DNA of 63,886 nucleotides, counting the filler, from Atractiella rhizophila (lineage: Eukaryota), in assembly GCA_021432655.1 (NCBI GenBank). It is 14 parts of 14 records of this genome, joined end to end, with 100 filler letters (N's around TTAATTAATTAA, not from the genome) between each part and the next. Parts side by side here need not be neighbours in the genome. Positions count along the whole stretch, not along the records: positions 9,871 to 14,692 come from MU272425.1; positions 14,793 to 19,587 come from MU272427.1; positions 19,688 to 24,447 come from MU272428.1; positions 24,548 to 29,290 come from MU272429.1; 10 more parts are not named here. One strand, written 5' to 3'. Every line of letters begins with the position of its first letter. The first letter of the stretch is position 1. Positions 12,801 through 26,087 of the stretch are shown here, one piece after another. Position numbers and translations under genes: made by a program. The notes below the pieces were generated by a model. It did not search any database. It was not told the DNA's origin and worked only from the letters and a program-made list of their open reading frames with translations.

Positions 12801-14692
12801 TATCTGGACCAGCTTTCAGGTACACCGGTAAATAATAATGTCGGAGAACTCCTCAACTTGCTCCACTTCTTAGTGTGTATCAATACATGGATCCCCTTGT
12901 TATTCCTGATTGTCATTAGGACCCTGACCACTGGGATGACGTTGAACACCTTAGCAAGGAATATGAGAATTTAGATCAGGCGCGTATCGAAAAGCTACGA
13001 GAGTCCTTGCGTCCCTACCTTCTGCGAAGGACCAAGGAGACTGTGCTGGATCTCCCGCCTTGCACGGAAATAATTATTCCGATGTCAATTTCACCACTTC
13101 AGAAGGAGATATGTGAGTGCGGTCAGTCTGTGACGGTAAAGAAATCTGACTAACCTTCAAAGACAAATCCTTATTGTCGAAGAATGCCGCTCTCATGGAA
13201 GCGCTTACTATGAAAACGAACAAGTCCAAGTCCAAGGTTTCCAAATCGAGTTTGTATGAAGTAATTTTCTATCCATATATTCCATCTGACGGAGATGAGG
13301 TCGTAGGAATAACCTCCTCATGCAGCTCAGGAAGTGTCTGGGGCACCCCTATCTCGTCTCTCCGGATATCGAGCCAATTAATCTGTCGCCTGAACAAGAG
13401 CATCTGTCATTGGTGGAAGCCTCTTCGAAGTTAACGCTTCTGCATCGTTTGTTACCAAAATTGAAGCAGAGGGGTCACCGGGTTCTCCTGTTCACTCAGT
13501 TCAAGATCGTCCTCGACATTCTCGAAACTTTCATGACAGAGGAGCGAATTACCTACTTGAGATTGGTGCGCATCCCATTCCTGTTGTGACAGTCACTAAT
13601 ACATATCTAGGATGGCAATACACCCCAAGAAACTCGTCAAAAAGGGATTGACCTTTTCAACAAGCCCAACTCACCTATCGATGTCTACATGCTTTCAACA
13701 AGGGCTGGTGGCGTTGGGATCAACCTTACAACCGCCGACACGGTCATCATTTTTGATTCAGATTGGAACCCACACCAAGATTTGCAGGCCATAGCTCGAG
13801 CCCATCGAATTGGTCAGAAAAAGCCGGTTAAAGTGTTCCGTCTAATGATTAAAAACACCTGCGAAGAAAAGATAATGCAAGCCGGGAAACGCAAGCTTGT
13901 GCTCGACCATCTCATCGTACAACGTATCAACGCAGTCGACGACACAGCTGATGACGTTGAATCAATCCTCCAATTCGGTGCTAAAGCCTTGTTCGAGGAT
14001 AAGGAAGGGGGAGAGGAGGTTATACAATATTCAGACGAAGATATCGAGAGGTTCTTTCTTTCTTTCTTTCTTTCTTTCTACCGACACGCTGATGCATTCC
14101 ATTCAGGCTTTTGGAGCGATCCGATGCTGAAGCTAAGTCTCCTCGGAAGAGTGTTGCAAACTCGTCCTTTGCATTTGCGCGAGTTTGGGAGCTCAAAAAA
14201 GACTCTTTAAATGATATGGAAGAGTCTACCTCGGCTCAAGACGACATCGAAGCCACCAGAGGATTCTGGAACAACATTCTGAAAGAGCAAGAGGAGGCAC
14301 AGCGAAAGGCTGAAACAGAAGCAGTGCTTGCTGGTGGGAAGGGGAAGAGGAAGCGCACGCAGCGGGTGCGTATCTCATTACCGACCATCGGTTGAGGGGC
14401 TAAAGATACCCTAGTTTGGTCCTAACCCGCGCTTTGAAGACAATTCCGACCCGGAATCACCAGACAGGAAGAAAAAGCGGAAGAACAAAGAGAAGGAGAA
14501 GAGGGATGATGAAGAATTCCTTATGAGGGATAGCAGCAGCAGCTCCAGCTCAGAGAACGCGGGGAGTGGAGAAGCTGGAACGATGGATGACGGAGATGTT
14601 GAACTGATGAAGTCGCTAGAGCAAAAGAGTCAGAAGGATAAAGATAAGAAGCAGAGAAAAGCTTTCAAAGAGCTCAGACGGAGAGGGATGGA
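9871..14692 (+). CDS. CHD/Mi-2 (Mit1-like) SNF2 chromatin remodeller with PHD-like fingers and chromodomains; many introns, both ends truncated
   Basis: Cys/His fingers ([31 protein letters not shown]); chromo-like YLVKFEE and [89 protein letters not shown]. Confidence 0.93.
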
Positions 14693-14792
14693 NNNNNNNN
14701 NNNNNNNNNNNNNNNNNNNNNNNNNNNNNNNNNNNNTTAATTAATTAANNNNNNNNNNNNNNNNNNNNNNNNNNNNNNNNNNNNNNNNNNNN

Positions 14793-14887
14793 AAAATCAA
14801 AGTTGTGACGGTGACGGGACGGGTGGCCAAAAATGCCGTCCGTCCCGGACCCGTCACCCGTCTTGACGGTGACGGTGCAAAGCCCTA
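14793..14887 (-). mobile_element. hAT-type transposon terminus at contig edge
   Basis: Reverse complement reads TAGGGCTTTGCACCGTC from 14887, with a dense GACGG/CCGTC subterminal repeat array. Confidence 0.75.
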
Positions 14888-14930
14888 ATTTCACGAGCTC
14901 TCGATATTTTGCTTTATAACGCCGCTTCAG

Positions 14931-15126
14931 CCGAGCAGATCAGTAAGCGGAGAAACCAAATTACGATGAATCGAATACGTCTGGCTCTTAACCAGTTAGT
15001 ACAGACAAAACATGTTGTAAAGAGCAATCAAGCCGCGAGTCCCTGCTGCAAGCATAAGCGTATTGTAACACGAGACTGCAGGGTCTTGTCATCTTCAGCC
15101 TAAATCCTTTGAAACATTCCTGCTAG
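14931..15126 (+). CDS. DAM1: Last two exons of a second DAM1 copy (functional status unknown)
   Basis: EQISKRRNQITMNRIRLALNQLVQTKHVVKSNQA / GLVIFSLNPLKHSC* aligns with 61738-61933. The last donor is GC rather than GT. Confidence 0.8.
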
Positions 15127-15369
15127 GGTGACGTTGATGGTACATTTGACTTACTCTCGTAAGCGAAATTGAAGTTACTGTAATTAGGGTATTCGTGAGT
15201 TTCACATAGCTACGAGTACATGTTCTTCCGCACAAATGTATCTAAATACACTGTATAATGTAGAGGCATCAATGGATCCAAAGGCAACAAACAAACCATG
15301 TCGAAAAACGAAACAGGAGCGCAAAGAAGGCACTCTACTATTGTCCAATGTGAGAAGCGCGAGAGGACT

Positions 15370-18300
15370 TCAAATGATCTGGAATCTCAAAAGCCGCATC
15401 TGAGCGAGAAGTATACACCAGGGGCTGGCCCATTTACATGATGGTGATTCACTGGGTTCAATCCTAACCATGTTTTTGCAGCGACGTAAGGCTTTTCGAA
15501 GAACCACTGTTTTAAAGCCAATAGCCTCTGCCCCTTCACAAATTCGTAGCCGCGATCGTCGTAGATCTCTTCGAATGGGAATGCTCTGCGTGGTCAGATG
15601 TTACGGTCGTCATGGTCGGTTCCAGCGCCGGTGTCACAAGTAAATTGTGTCGTGTCAGAATGGTTCGCCGCGCGAACATGCTTAGGATGAGTTCCTTCTT
15701 CGTGAATCTGTCGTGGAAGGTGTCTGTTTAGGTCGGAAAATGGAACCTGCGAATGTTCTGATCCGACTTTAATGGGTATTTGAGCCGAAGCATCCTCAAA
15801 CACAATCTGATCAAGGAAGAGATAGATTCGGTTGAGAAAGCCTGTCGTGAAATACCCGCATCGACCGTCATTGATCCACAGCCCCAGATTTCTCAAAAAA
15901 GCTTCGAGATCTGGACGTGAGAGTGGATGATAGCATATCGAAGAACGATAATAGGGACTGAACTGAGAAGGATGCTTCCCAATGGAGGGTACATCATTTC
16001 CGTTGCGTCGCCAAAGGTCGTCCCAAAGAATGTACCAAAATTGAGAGATCGTCAAGCGATTGACAGCACTGAGCCTCTCCTGTAGCACTGCCATAGAGCC
16101 ATAATACCAAGAAGGCAAATTGCGCGTTTTTGTTGCCTGTTCATTTCGCTCGACGACCTGGCGAATTTGCGCAGGCGAAAGGCCAGCATTTGCACTGATG
16201 TCCATCAAGAAATAGTACGAGAGGACTCGGCGCTTCCAAGTCGCAAGGTCATGAAAGTATTTTCGATGCTCGAACAAAATATTCTGAAGAGCTCCAAGAC
16301 CCTGATCAATCGCTTCCTTGTTTTCTTGAAGCAGCTTTGCAAGTGTTGGAGACACAGAGAAGTCGTCAGAGATGCCCAACCCGGGGGCGTCGAGCTTTAA
16401 CTCCTTCCCTTGCTGCAGACCGCCATCTGGACTTCGACCCTGACCGTCTCGATAGTCGATGGTGACACTAAATCCCGAACAAAAGTTATAACCTCTCCAG
16501 TTCAGATCGGCATTATGCTCGATTCGAAGCCCACCCGTACGATAAGAAGTCTGAACTTGTAGCGAATAACTTGACTTCCTCCAAGATCGTCAAGCTCTGT
16601 AATCATGCATATTGTGCGGCTTTGATCGTACTTCATGCAAACGGCAAAAGGAAATGGAATGATCTTGACGCGTTCAAAGAACGATTTTACTTCTGGGGAG
16701 AGAGGGGTCTTCGTTGGTCACCGGTAACAATCTGGACCGGAGAACTCCATGACTATGGTCGTCCAAAGGTCTCGATATTTGTCCTCCATTATACGGTTCT
16801 TCTCGATGCCTCTCATGTAATCTTCGTAGCCAATCTCGCGAAGAATCTACATCACAATGAGGGGTTATGCTTGGCGTAAAGAAATTCTCACCCTGACATT
16901 CTCAGCATGTCGTTCTCCCTGAGTTCCCTCAAAGCCCAAGAGATATGGGTTGGCCTTAGTGCACTCTGAGAAGACAGCTTGTTGTTCTTCGGCATCTGGT
17001 GTTCGGGAGCAGCAAGAAGACTGTTGGAGAGCGTTAGTAACCATCATTCTACAAAGAACGATGCACGCACATAGTAGAGAAAGTCTCCTGCCAGATTCGA
17101 CGAGTGACATGCTCAGCAAGATCCAAATGAGGAGAAAGCAAGTCGATACTAAAGTCCAGTTGCTTTTGCAACCTCTTGACCGCTTGTTGCGCGAAACCCG
17201 TATGAATTAGCGAGAAGTATCCGTTAAGAATGTACACGATAATAGTGGCGACGAGTAGGACTGGGCCGTTAAGCGCACTTGCTGGCGGAGACTTGATGGC
17301 GACAAAAAGGCCAATCAAAGCAATGACGACGTATCCCACTCGAGATACCCAGTCGCTGTTGTTCTGAATCCGGTCGATGAAGGGATGGGTGATGGTTTGG
17401 ATAATGAGAAAGCCAACCATGAAACCTAGCTGGACTGCTTGTCTGAAGATCGACACTTGTCTCGCGCAGAACGGAACAGGCAATTATCCTTGCTGCAGAC
17501 CGTGAGAATAACAACCGTTGTTAGCTTGATAGCCATGCTGTAAACTGGTCAGCCTGAATCCAAAGCAATACAAGCCATCAACTTACTAAATGGCCTTGAA
17601 TCTAGCCCATTCGTATCAATATGCTGAAGAATTTACGCTCAGTCTCCAATATCGCGGTAAAAAAAAGCACTGACAATTATACAAGAAGTTGAATTCCCCT
17701 TCATCGTCGTCGACAATTCGCTCGTATTCCCTCTTGCGTTCCTCAGCAGTCCTTTTGTCTCCCAATTCACTGAATTTATCAACCTTTGGCGCTACCTCTT
17801 TGATCACACCCCAAAGGCGAAGTGGGAGCCAGATAGTCACAACCAGGATGTTAATAGCGGAGATGATGAGAATAAATGGAGCCCAGTTAAAGTTATCGAA
17901 AAAAATGTTGTGACTTCTTCATTGTGGTTGTATAGCAGAAGTCGTCCGCATCTCGGTGTTTATCGGAAGGTCCCAGAGGAGTGAACCTCGGGAAGTCGCT
18001 GTCGAGGTAAGGATTTGAAACTGCCCAAAAATCAGAAGACCAGAGGAGAGCCGAGATCGAGATCTTTGAGAGCGGCATATATAGGGAGGAGATAATAAAG
18101 ACGACCGTAATCTTGTACCATCTCGCATCTCTAAATCCCTTCTTATTTAGCGATCTGTTCTCTCGTACTGTCTCATCGACGTCAAAACCTTCGAGCTGAT
18201 GGGAAATCTTCATCTTCTTGTTCTCGGTTTCTTTAAGTGGATGCTCCTTCTCAGGCTCAAGATTGGTACGTGAGCCCACTCCTTCTCCAGATGAATCCAG

Positions 18301-18410
18301 TTTCTTCTTTCTCTTGAACCCAAAAAATCCCTTATGTTCCTCACTTTCACCTCTTCGTATCCACTCTTTCCACCTTTTCAGCTCCTCTCCCCCACCATCT
18401 GGGTCATAAA
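15370..18410 (-). pseudogene. Pseudogene of a conserved fungal multi-pass membrane protein (5' end may extend to about 19070)
   Basis: Several TM segments, plus LDFSIDLLSPHLDLAEHVTRRIWQE and ERHAENVRILREIG. In-frame TGA at 15594-15596 where the paralogue has CGC. Second stop in GPDCYR*P near 16720. Frameshifting deletion near 15400 relative to the paralogue at about 62170-62195. Confidence 0.8.
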
Positions 18411-19229
18411 CTTCTCAGGATCTGTAAATTGGGCAGGTCCAATCTCATTTAAATAGGCATCCAGAACAGGGAGGTGCAGTGGGAGCGCGTCAGATTTGAA
18501 GACTGAGGGCGCAGGGATTCCCTGGTGAACAGGGAGAGGTTGGATATTGACTTTGACCTAGAAGAGGCGGCAAACGAAACCATGCGGGGAGAACCATAGC
18601 TCGCCAAACGAGCATAACGCAAGTCTGCCGACCGCGATCGGCCGTCCTGTAATATTCCTAGCGAGGGACGCAATCGGCGATACTCTAGTGAGGGAGAAAA
18701 ATCGATCTTCGGCGTGCGTTGCAGTTGCTGCAGTGCTGGAGAAGAAGTCTCTCCATCATCAGCCGGAAGAGGAGGAGGACTGAGGGGATGGTCCATGAAG
18801 CGAGATTTGTTAGGGTAACTAGGTTCAGTGCGCTGAAATTGAGACTGCTTTGGAGGAGAGTCGCGCGTTGGAGCTCTCAGCTTGCCATCCTCTCCGGCGA
18901 CCCAATGTGCGGAGGAGCTGGTGCGTGTGACGAATGTGTACTGCGTTTGAACTTTGAAGGGAACTTGGAAGGACTGTTTTAAGTTTAATTGGAGATGTTG
19001 GAGAGGCCAGTGCAGGTGATTGGCTTGAAGAGGGAATAGGAAGGGACGCTGTTGGCATCACAAGAGAAAGCACGATGTTAGCTTCTGAGAGACAGCGGTT
19101 CTGTGCAGATTTTGAACGAAGTTATCGCGCACGCGAAGTCATTGCAGTGGAATGGCACCTCCGTAGGAGGTGTACAATTTACGCCAAAGCGAATCAAAAA
19201 CTCCTTGCTTCCGATCCCAGTTCCCACAC

Positions 19230-19587
19230 TCGAAACCACCTTATTGGCACTCTTTTACCACAACAAGAAGGGTGTGAAACATTTGCACAGGTCTACATTA
19301 CAGATTCAGCTGTACTGACTGAACGAAGAGTTGGCAACACTTCAGTCTCACTGAACCGTGGTACTCTTGAAGACCTTCAGGCTATGCTCTTCCGTGTCAA
19401 CCCATATCCCAGATCTACAAATTTGCAAAAGAAAGAATGAAACAGGATCCCACTACAACACTACATCTTTGCACAGTCGCTCCACAAGATAAGGACCCAA
19501 GACGCTACAACATTCCTGTAGCCAGTGAAGTTGCTGTAGTGATGGTAGGAGACGGTAACAGAGAAGAATATGGAGTGGCCAGAGATA
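19230..19587 (+). mobile_element. Helitron N-terminal coding fragment (frameshifted)
   Basis: HLIGTLLP...FAQVYITD...LEDLQAMLFRVNPY, then DPRRYNIPVASEVAVVMVGD. Both are typical Helitron-like N-terminal motifs. Confidence 0.88.
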
Positions 19588-19687
19588 NNNNNNNNNNNNN
19601 NNNNNNNNNNNNNNNNNNNNNNNNNNNNNNNTTAATTAATTAANNNNNNNNNNNNNNNNNNNNNNNNNNNNNNNNNNNNNNNNNNNN

Positions 19688-20258
19688 TTGGAATTTGTCT
19701 TCTTCAAGAAGATTAAGCTTGGCAACACCACCTACTTCGCCGTGTCTGATATTCACCATTCTGAGCAACATCCGATCATCGAAACACTTACCTCTCTCCT
19801 CGTCGATATTCCGGACGACTTCGGAGGAAAGTCGTTCGACGACCTCATAGTGGAAGCTACACTCGCGTCCAAGTTAGCTGGCTTGAACCTCCAGGGTGCT
19901 TCCGACGTGAAACCCACACTGCATTGCAAAGGTTCCAAAACGATGAGCGGAAAAAGTGCTGCCGTGGATGGCATGCTGGATAAACAGGACTGGCTCGGGA
20001 CGGCTCATTGGCACGCGAAGTGGTACGACAGTATGGGAGTCAAAAGAATCGACACTATCGACGACTTTCCGACTTGGCGAAATCCTCTGGTGCCATTGGA
20101 CCTGGCGGGGATTGCTTCTGTGTTGCGCAAGGTAATGTACATCCCTTCCAAGTCCGCATTTTCTGACGAAGGAATAGGCGGACAGCCTCGAGTTCGCCTG
20201 TCGGGCTGAAGGAAGGAGCGACTTGACACTCTCGCTTCCCAAAATTCCTGACACCTAG
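19688..20258 (+). CDS. Hypothetical protein, 3' part only
   Basis: Open frame from the contig edge, one plausible GTAATG...TAG intron, stop at 20256-20258. No recognised family. Confidence 0.35.
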
Positions 20259-21578
20259 TTTATGAACTTCGATACGGCTCATCCTCCTCCTGGATTTTAC
20301 TTTAAACCATCGGGATTGCACACTCCATTGCCATTTGCAAGAGCCACGTAGGTCGGATCCTTTAGTCTTTCGCATGGATCGGAAGAGGAATACATGACCA
20401 TACTATGTACCGCTGAGCGCTTCAGCAGCTGACCCAGTTTCCAACTCCTTCAGCTTTTTTACTTGTTTTAAATAGCCTTGGTAAACACGGCAAGAAAGGG
20501 GCAGAGAATTTGAGTTCAAGCCTTGTATGGAGTTGATAAGCTATGGGATTAATGAAATGTGTTGTTTTTCTCTGCTGCGTTGTTAACCTCAAACAAATGT
20601 ATTACGTTTGGCTGAGCTCTTGCAGACACATGAACAGCAGAAACACAAGAACAAGTGTTTATATACATGAGAGCCTGTGGCAAATAGAAACTTCCAGAAT
20701 GTTCATGAAGAAAGTATTACTAACATTTTACACATCTCCAACAAAATGAAATGAAATAAATTTGTACCAGAAAAATAGACTTCAAAAGCAGAAGCAAAAA
20801 GCAAAGAAATCCCAGCTCCTTTCACAGTCTAAGGCACTAAGGTGCAAACGTTTGGGTCGTCCTGTATTTTTCGCATTAGCATTCAGGACGGTGTTGGAAG
20901 GTTGGCTTGGACTGCTGGTTTTCTTTGGATGCCAGAGGGTCTATGACTGTGAGGAGGCATGGAATGTTGATTTAGGTCACAAGTAATCCGATTGAGCTAC
21001 AGAACGAAATCATTATATTTCATGACAATCAGGCTACCAGGGTACAAGTAGCTGAGGGTTAGATTGGTGGAATAGCAGAAGTGTAAAACTGTAGCCGGAG
21101 ATCGTCAAGGACCGTACCAAGCACACAATTGAGTGTGAAAATGTCGGAGTTGATAATAAAGGTACTGAAGCGAAATATAAGATAGAGGGCAGGGGAAGGG
21201 TTAGACACCACGAGTTGATAGAAGGGTGTAATGAAATCAGCTGGAAATTTCAAAGATTATGATTGATAAACTCAGAGAGATTACAAACCACGAATACTCA
21301 ACTCAACTTCCTTTGTCTGACGATAGAAAGCTTGCCCGAACCGCGGCACTCCTATTGTTCCGTATCAAAATACCGGGAGTCGTCTCTCCTACCTCTTTCC
21401 ATCGAATTCTATGAGCCACAGGAACGATCTTTCGGTTCAGGCGTGACCTTCGACGTCTCTGATATCTTTGACTGGAGTACGGACAGAAGTTCCCAAAATC
21501 TGCGGTTTGGATGTCCCCTACACTCCTTTCAATCCTATTGTCGTCGATTGCAAGGCATTGTTCGCCGCAGATTGAACC

Positions 21579-22379
21579 CTAGATAGCCGTTGCCCAGTCC
21601 CAAGGGTTATTTATAACCTTATTCCGTCTCCCTGCCCGCCTCTCTCTGATGAGATCCCGCCTCAGACTTTCGCTAAATTCTTCCACCAACATATTGCGTC
21701 TAGTCGTCGATGGCGATAGAGGCGGAGCCATTAGAACTTCATGACATTTTGGTTCCTTCCATTCAATTTCCAACCGACTCCCCTGCTTCTCCTCTTCATC
21801 CTTGGCGCCGCTCTTCGACTCAGTACCCTCAACTCCGAGAGTTGTAGTGCTGTTGCTCGAAGCCCGAAGCGCGTAGACATTCAGTCTCCTTCCGATATAA
21901 GATCGCTTTGGTGCGTAGATCTTCATCACCTTTAGAGGGATCAAAGATGGCGGTAAGAGCAGAAGGACGAGTGGCATTGGCTAAGGAGACCGTACGCTTG
22001 ACAAATCAAGTCTCCTTATCCTTGTTATGCTCCGCCCATTCCTTTTGCAACGCTGCCTTCAGTTCATCTCCTCCTCCTCCTCTCCTTCCGAGCACCATAG
22101 CAGCGAATCCAAATCGTCCTTCTTCCCTGTCGCCTCCAGTTCATCAGATGCGGGAGAAGCCAGCATCGGAGCAAGTTTCGTTGAAGGAAGAAGGGTTAGC
22201 GATTCTCTCTTCTTAGCCTGCGTAGACAAAGCAGCAAGAGGCGAAGAAGCCATAGTGGCAGACGCTTCATCATGAGTATGTTGCAGTGAGTCCATCGCTC
22301 TCTCCAACGATTTGGGTCCCGACGACTCCAAGCTTGCTTCTCCCCTCAGTAACACGATATGCTTCTCCTTTTCCTTCAC
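21579..22379 (-). CDS. DUF3295-like protein (start uncertain)
   Basis: C-terminal APPLSPSTTRRNMLVEEFSESLRRDLIRERR matches the fungal SP.TTRR.ML..ELSESLRR.LLWER motif. Confidence 0.65.
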
Positions 22380-23499
22380 ATTCCATTCAGTCCCCTAGGG
22401 CTGGGGAAGGGTGCAGTTGCACGACTGAGAAATCCGCTTGGCCGCAATCGCAGGGAAGAGAGCTGTGTCCCATTGCTAGCGTGGGATACGGGGAAGAGGG
22501 TCGTGGGAAACGAAGTGAACCTGTTCCAACAGTAATTAGTACAGGAGAAAGCGACGGAGACGGAACGGGACATTGAGAAACCATGTACATATCTGTGAGA
22601 ATCTCGCGACACCACATCATGCAGTAGATGTGCTCCTAGCATGGTGCAACGGATCTGTTAGATCCCTGTGGCGTTAAATCGAGCAGGGAGATGTCACGAA
22701 TGCTGGAAAGATGAAGGAAAGGGGATGGGAGGAAATTGGTGCTATCATTCACACACACCTTTTTTCCACTCAACCGTGTCCAAAAGTGGACAAACCGTCT
22801 CCTCCTCACCCATAAACACTGAAAGTACTCATACGCGCCACCTAAGTAGTCCGGATGCCACGCACAAAGCCGCGATTCGTCATTTGGTGGGAAGCTGAAG
22901 GTGGTTACGGCAGGTTAGGAGTGTTCGGAATGGGGACTTTGGTGCAAGGAATCATTTGGGGGGTCATACTAGAGCTGGGAATGATGCTACAGGCATCTTT
23001 AGCATGCAAAAGAGGGAAGGGAGTGAGGCCGACCTGATTTTGGCGGTGATGACGGTGGAGGTGCCACTTCGCAAATTTTCGGCGGAAAAAGGTCATGCGA
23101 AGCGAGGAGGGTTCAGTTGAGTGTACGAGGGGAACTGGAGAGCAGTAGGGTGTGTTTATCGAGGGTCAGAAGAGGTCAAAGTTCTCTTCTCTTCATTCAT
23201 AAACCATGATCAGCTCAGAAACAAGACACCAAACAAAAAAAGGTCAGAGAAATGGAGAACTCACCCATTTAGAACTTCCCCAACCATTGCATCTCGATCA
23301 CCATCCAGATCGTCGTCGTCGAATGTTGAAGACCTCTACTGGTAGTCCAGGAGAGTGGTTGTTCGTCGACCTGGGGGTCCTGCTAGTAAGTGCTACTCAT
23401 AGGGACTGATGGCGCGCAACGCGCGCCTCTCCCCGTCCCCGTCCTTGGGGCCGAGTGCCGCGGAAAGCTGACTCCCGCTCGTCTCCTCCAATAAGGTAG

Positions 23500-24447
23500 A
23501 GTAACAAAAGTTGCTCTGGCGCAAAAATTTCACTCTTCATCACGTACCGCATCACCGTTGCCTCTAGAGCTGCTACCCCGACAACTTTCTCGTCCTCCAA
23601 GCCCATTCCAAGTTCAAACCGTCAAGTTCTCAAATTCCCTGACAATATCAAGAAGACGTACGAACAAGGACCCCGAATCCTCGCTATCAACAACGGCGGC
23701 ATCTGTGCCTTCTCCACGCTTTACATGCTCGAAGTCGTCATGCTCGAGGTTGGAAATATCCTCAACGTTCCCGAAAGAGAAGAAGTCCGGTCATGCGGTG
23801 TTTTTGATCTCATCTGCGGCACTTCCACGGTATGGTGGATTGGCCTCATGCTCGGAAAGTTGGGTATGACTGTTCGACAATCCATCAGCGAGTACGAAGA
23901 GATCGTGCAGGACGTGTTTTCCGAGGGAGCACCACTTTCCAATGAAGGCGACGCATACTCTAAAAAGACGCTTGAAGCCGTCCGTCAGGAGTCATTACCC
24001 GGCATGCTCCATAGTCTATATCGTCTTCTCAACTTCCTATGAAGGATGCGGCAATTGGGGATAGATGTAGAACCGTTGCCGTGTCAAGGTACAAATCAAA
24101 CACAGTTGTTTCAACAGAGATGCGCACGTACGAGGGAAGAATGCAGTTCATTCCGCTGCACGATGTACGGTGTTGGAAGCAGCAAGAGCGACTTCCTCTG
24201 CACGTCAAATCTTTCGTCCTATCGTCATCAACAATACGAAATATGTCGCCATCGGGGACAATAACCCAGCGGCAATAGCGATTGATGAGGCAAACCGCAT
24301 ATGGGGACAAGGAAGCGAAGTCGCCTGTCTCGTCTCTCTCGGGTCAGGGATCGCTCCGGCTGTTAATTGGGGTCCTACCAAACGCGAGATTGAAGTCGCT
24401 GTGAAGGCAATCATCGAAGATTGTTCCCAGGTAGCGGATCAGTTGAA
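23500..24447 (+). CDS. Patatin-like (iPLA2-gamma/FabD-lysophospholipase-like) domain protein with degenerate catalytic motifs, 3' truncated
   Basis: RILAINNGGI, FDLICGTST, MLGKLGMTV, EAARATSSA, NNP, CLVSLGSG. Confidence 0.8.
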
Positions 24448-24547
24448 NNNNNNNNNNNNNNNNNNNNNNNNNNNNNNNNNNNNNNNNNNNNTTAATTAAT
24501 TAANNNNNNNNNNNNNNNNNNNNNNNNNNNNNNNNNNNNNNNNNNNN

Positions 24548-26087
24548 TACAAGAGGTGGGGAGGTTGAGACCGTGCTTTGCACGTAGGAGAAAAAGGTGC
24601 ATCCAGCGATCATTATCGCAATTTGGATTTTCCTCAGCGGAAGCGTTATCATGTTCGTTTCTTCTCCTTCTATACGCTGTAGCAAGCTTAAGGGGAATGT
24701 ATAGTTACAACAAATACATTCTCGACCCTGAGTCCCTCAACTGGCCTTAGTACGTATTCGCCGTCATCTCTGCCATCCTGCGGTTGCCTTCCGCATTCTA
24801 AATGATTTTCCATAAATGGAACAGTCCGATTGCGCTCGTAGCATGGCATCTCTCCTTCGCCACGATCGCGACCAGGATTATGTACCGGACGACCCGCCTG
24901 CTCGAAGGAGTAGACTCTGTGCAGGTGCGGTCATTCTGCTATTTGCCTTGCTATCCTTCCGCTGAAATTCATGTCCATCTTAGATGTCCTGGGATCGCTG
25001 GTTCCGTTCTATTGTACCCATTGGAGCCCTTTTCTCCGCCTCTCTGATCTTCTCAAACATGGCCTATCTCACCCTCACCGTGAGCTTTATCCAAATGTCT
25101 GTCTCTTTCATCTCTATGAGCCGGAGGATGCTGAAGTCAGCGTTTTATTGGATAGGCTCAAAGCCTTCACTTCGGTCGCTGTTCTCGGTTCGTTCTTTCT
25201 CTGAGCCTTAGACCGATGTTCCTTGCATCTGATTTGGCGGCGGTAAAGGCATGTCTGTTCTCTTCGGCCTTGAGACTCCCAATCGTCGCACACTCGTCAT
25301 CGTACTCTTCATCTCACTCGGAGTCGCCGTCGCTTCCTACGGCGAAATCAACTTGTTCGTCCTTCATCTTCAATCAGTGATAGGAGGACTCAAGCAATGT
25401 TGGTTTGTGGCAAAAGTGTTATGTCCGGCTTTATCTGCCAGGCTATCGGGATAGCCTTCGAAGCTGCACGATTGGTGGCGATCCAGAAACTTTTGCACGG
25501 GTTGAAGATGGACCCCCTAGTATCATTATACTACTTTGCGCCCGTTAGTTGTTCCCTCCTATCCCTTTGCGCAATCAAACTGAATGACTGCTCTGCGTTA
25601 GGTTTGCGCTGGACTCAATCTCCTGCTCATCCCTTTCTACGAAGGTGCAGACCCATTCAACACCGCGATTGAACAGTTGGGTTTCGTTGTCTTGTTCACG
25701 AACGCGGCGACCGCGCTATTGCTCAACATCTCGGTGGTGTTCGTCATCAGTGCTGCCAGCAGTTTGGTCTATACTCTTTGCGGTTTGTCTCTCTTCTTGC
25801 ATTGCGGAAGACTTCAGCATACTGATGCATGTCCCGCCGGGCTACAGGTGTATTGAAAGATATCCTCCTCGTTGTTGTCTCCCTTTTACTCTTCGGCAAA
25901 CCAGTCACGTCCATCCAGTTCTTTGGATACGCCATTGCCCTTGCTGGGTTATTCGTTTTTGTTCGTTTCCTCCACCCTTTCTTTAGTCGGTCTATGAGTG
26001 AATGTGCTAACAACGATTGTGCAGAAAACCAAGAAGGAGGTAATGGACGGATATATCGAGGCTGTCAAGGCCCGGCTTCGTGGTTAG
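24548..26087 (+). CDS. Triose-phosphate/nucleotide-sugar transporter (TPT family), 5' truncated, many introns
   Basis: IAIWIFLSGSVI, YNKYIL, WHLSFATIATR, IVPIGALFSASLIFSNMAYLTLTVSFIQMLKAF, FEAARLV, MDPLVSLYYFAPVC, GVLKDILLV, QFFGYAIAL. Stop at 26085-26087. Confidence 0.92.
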
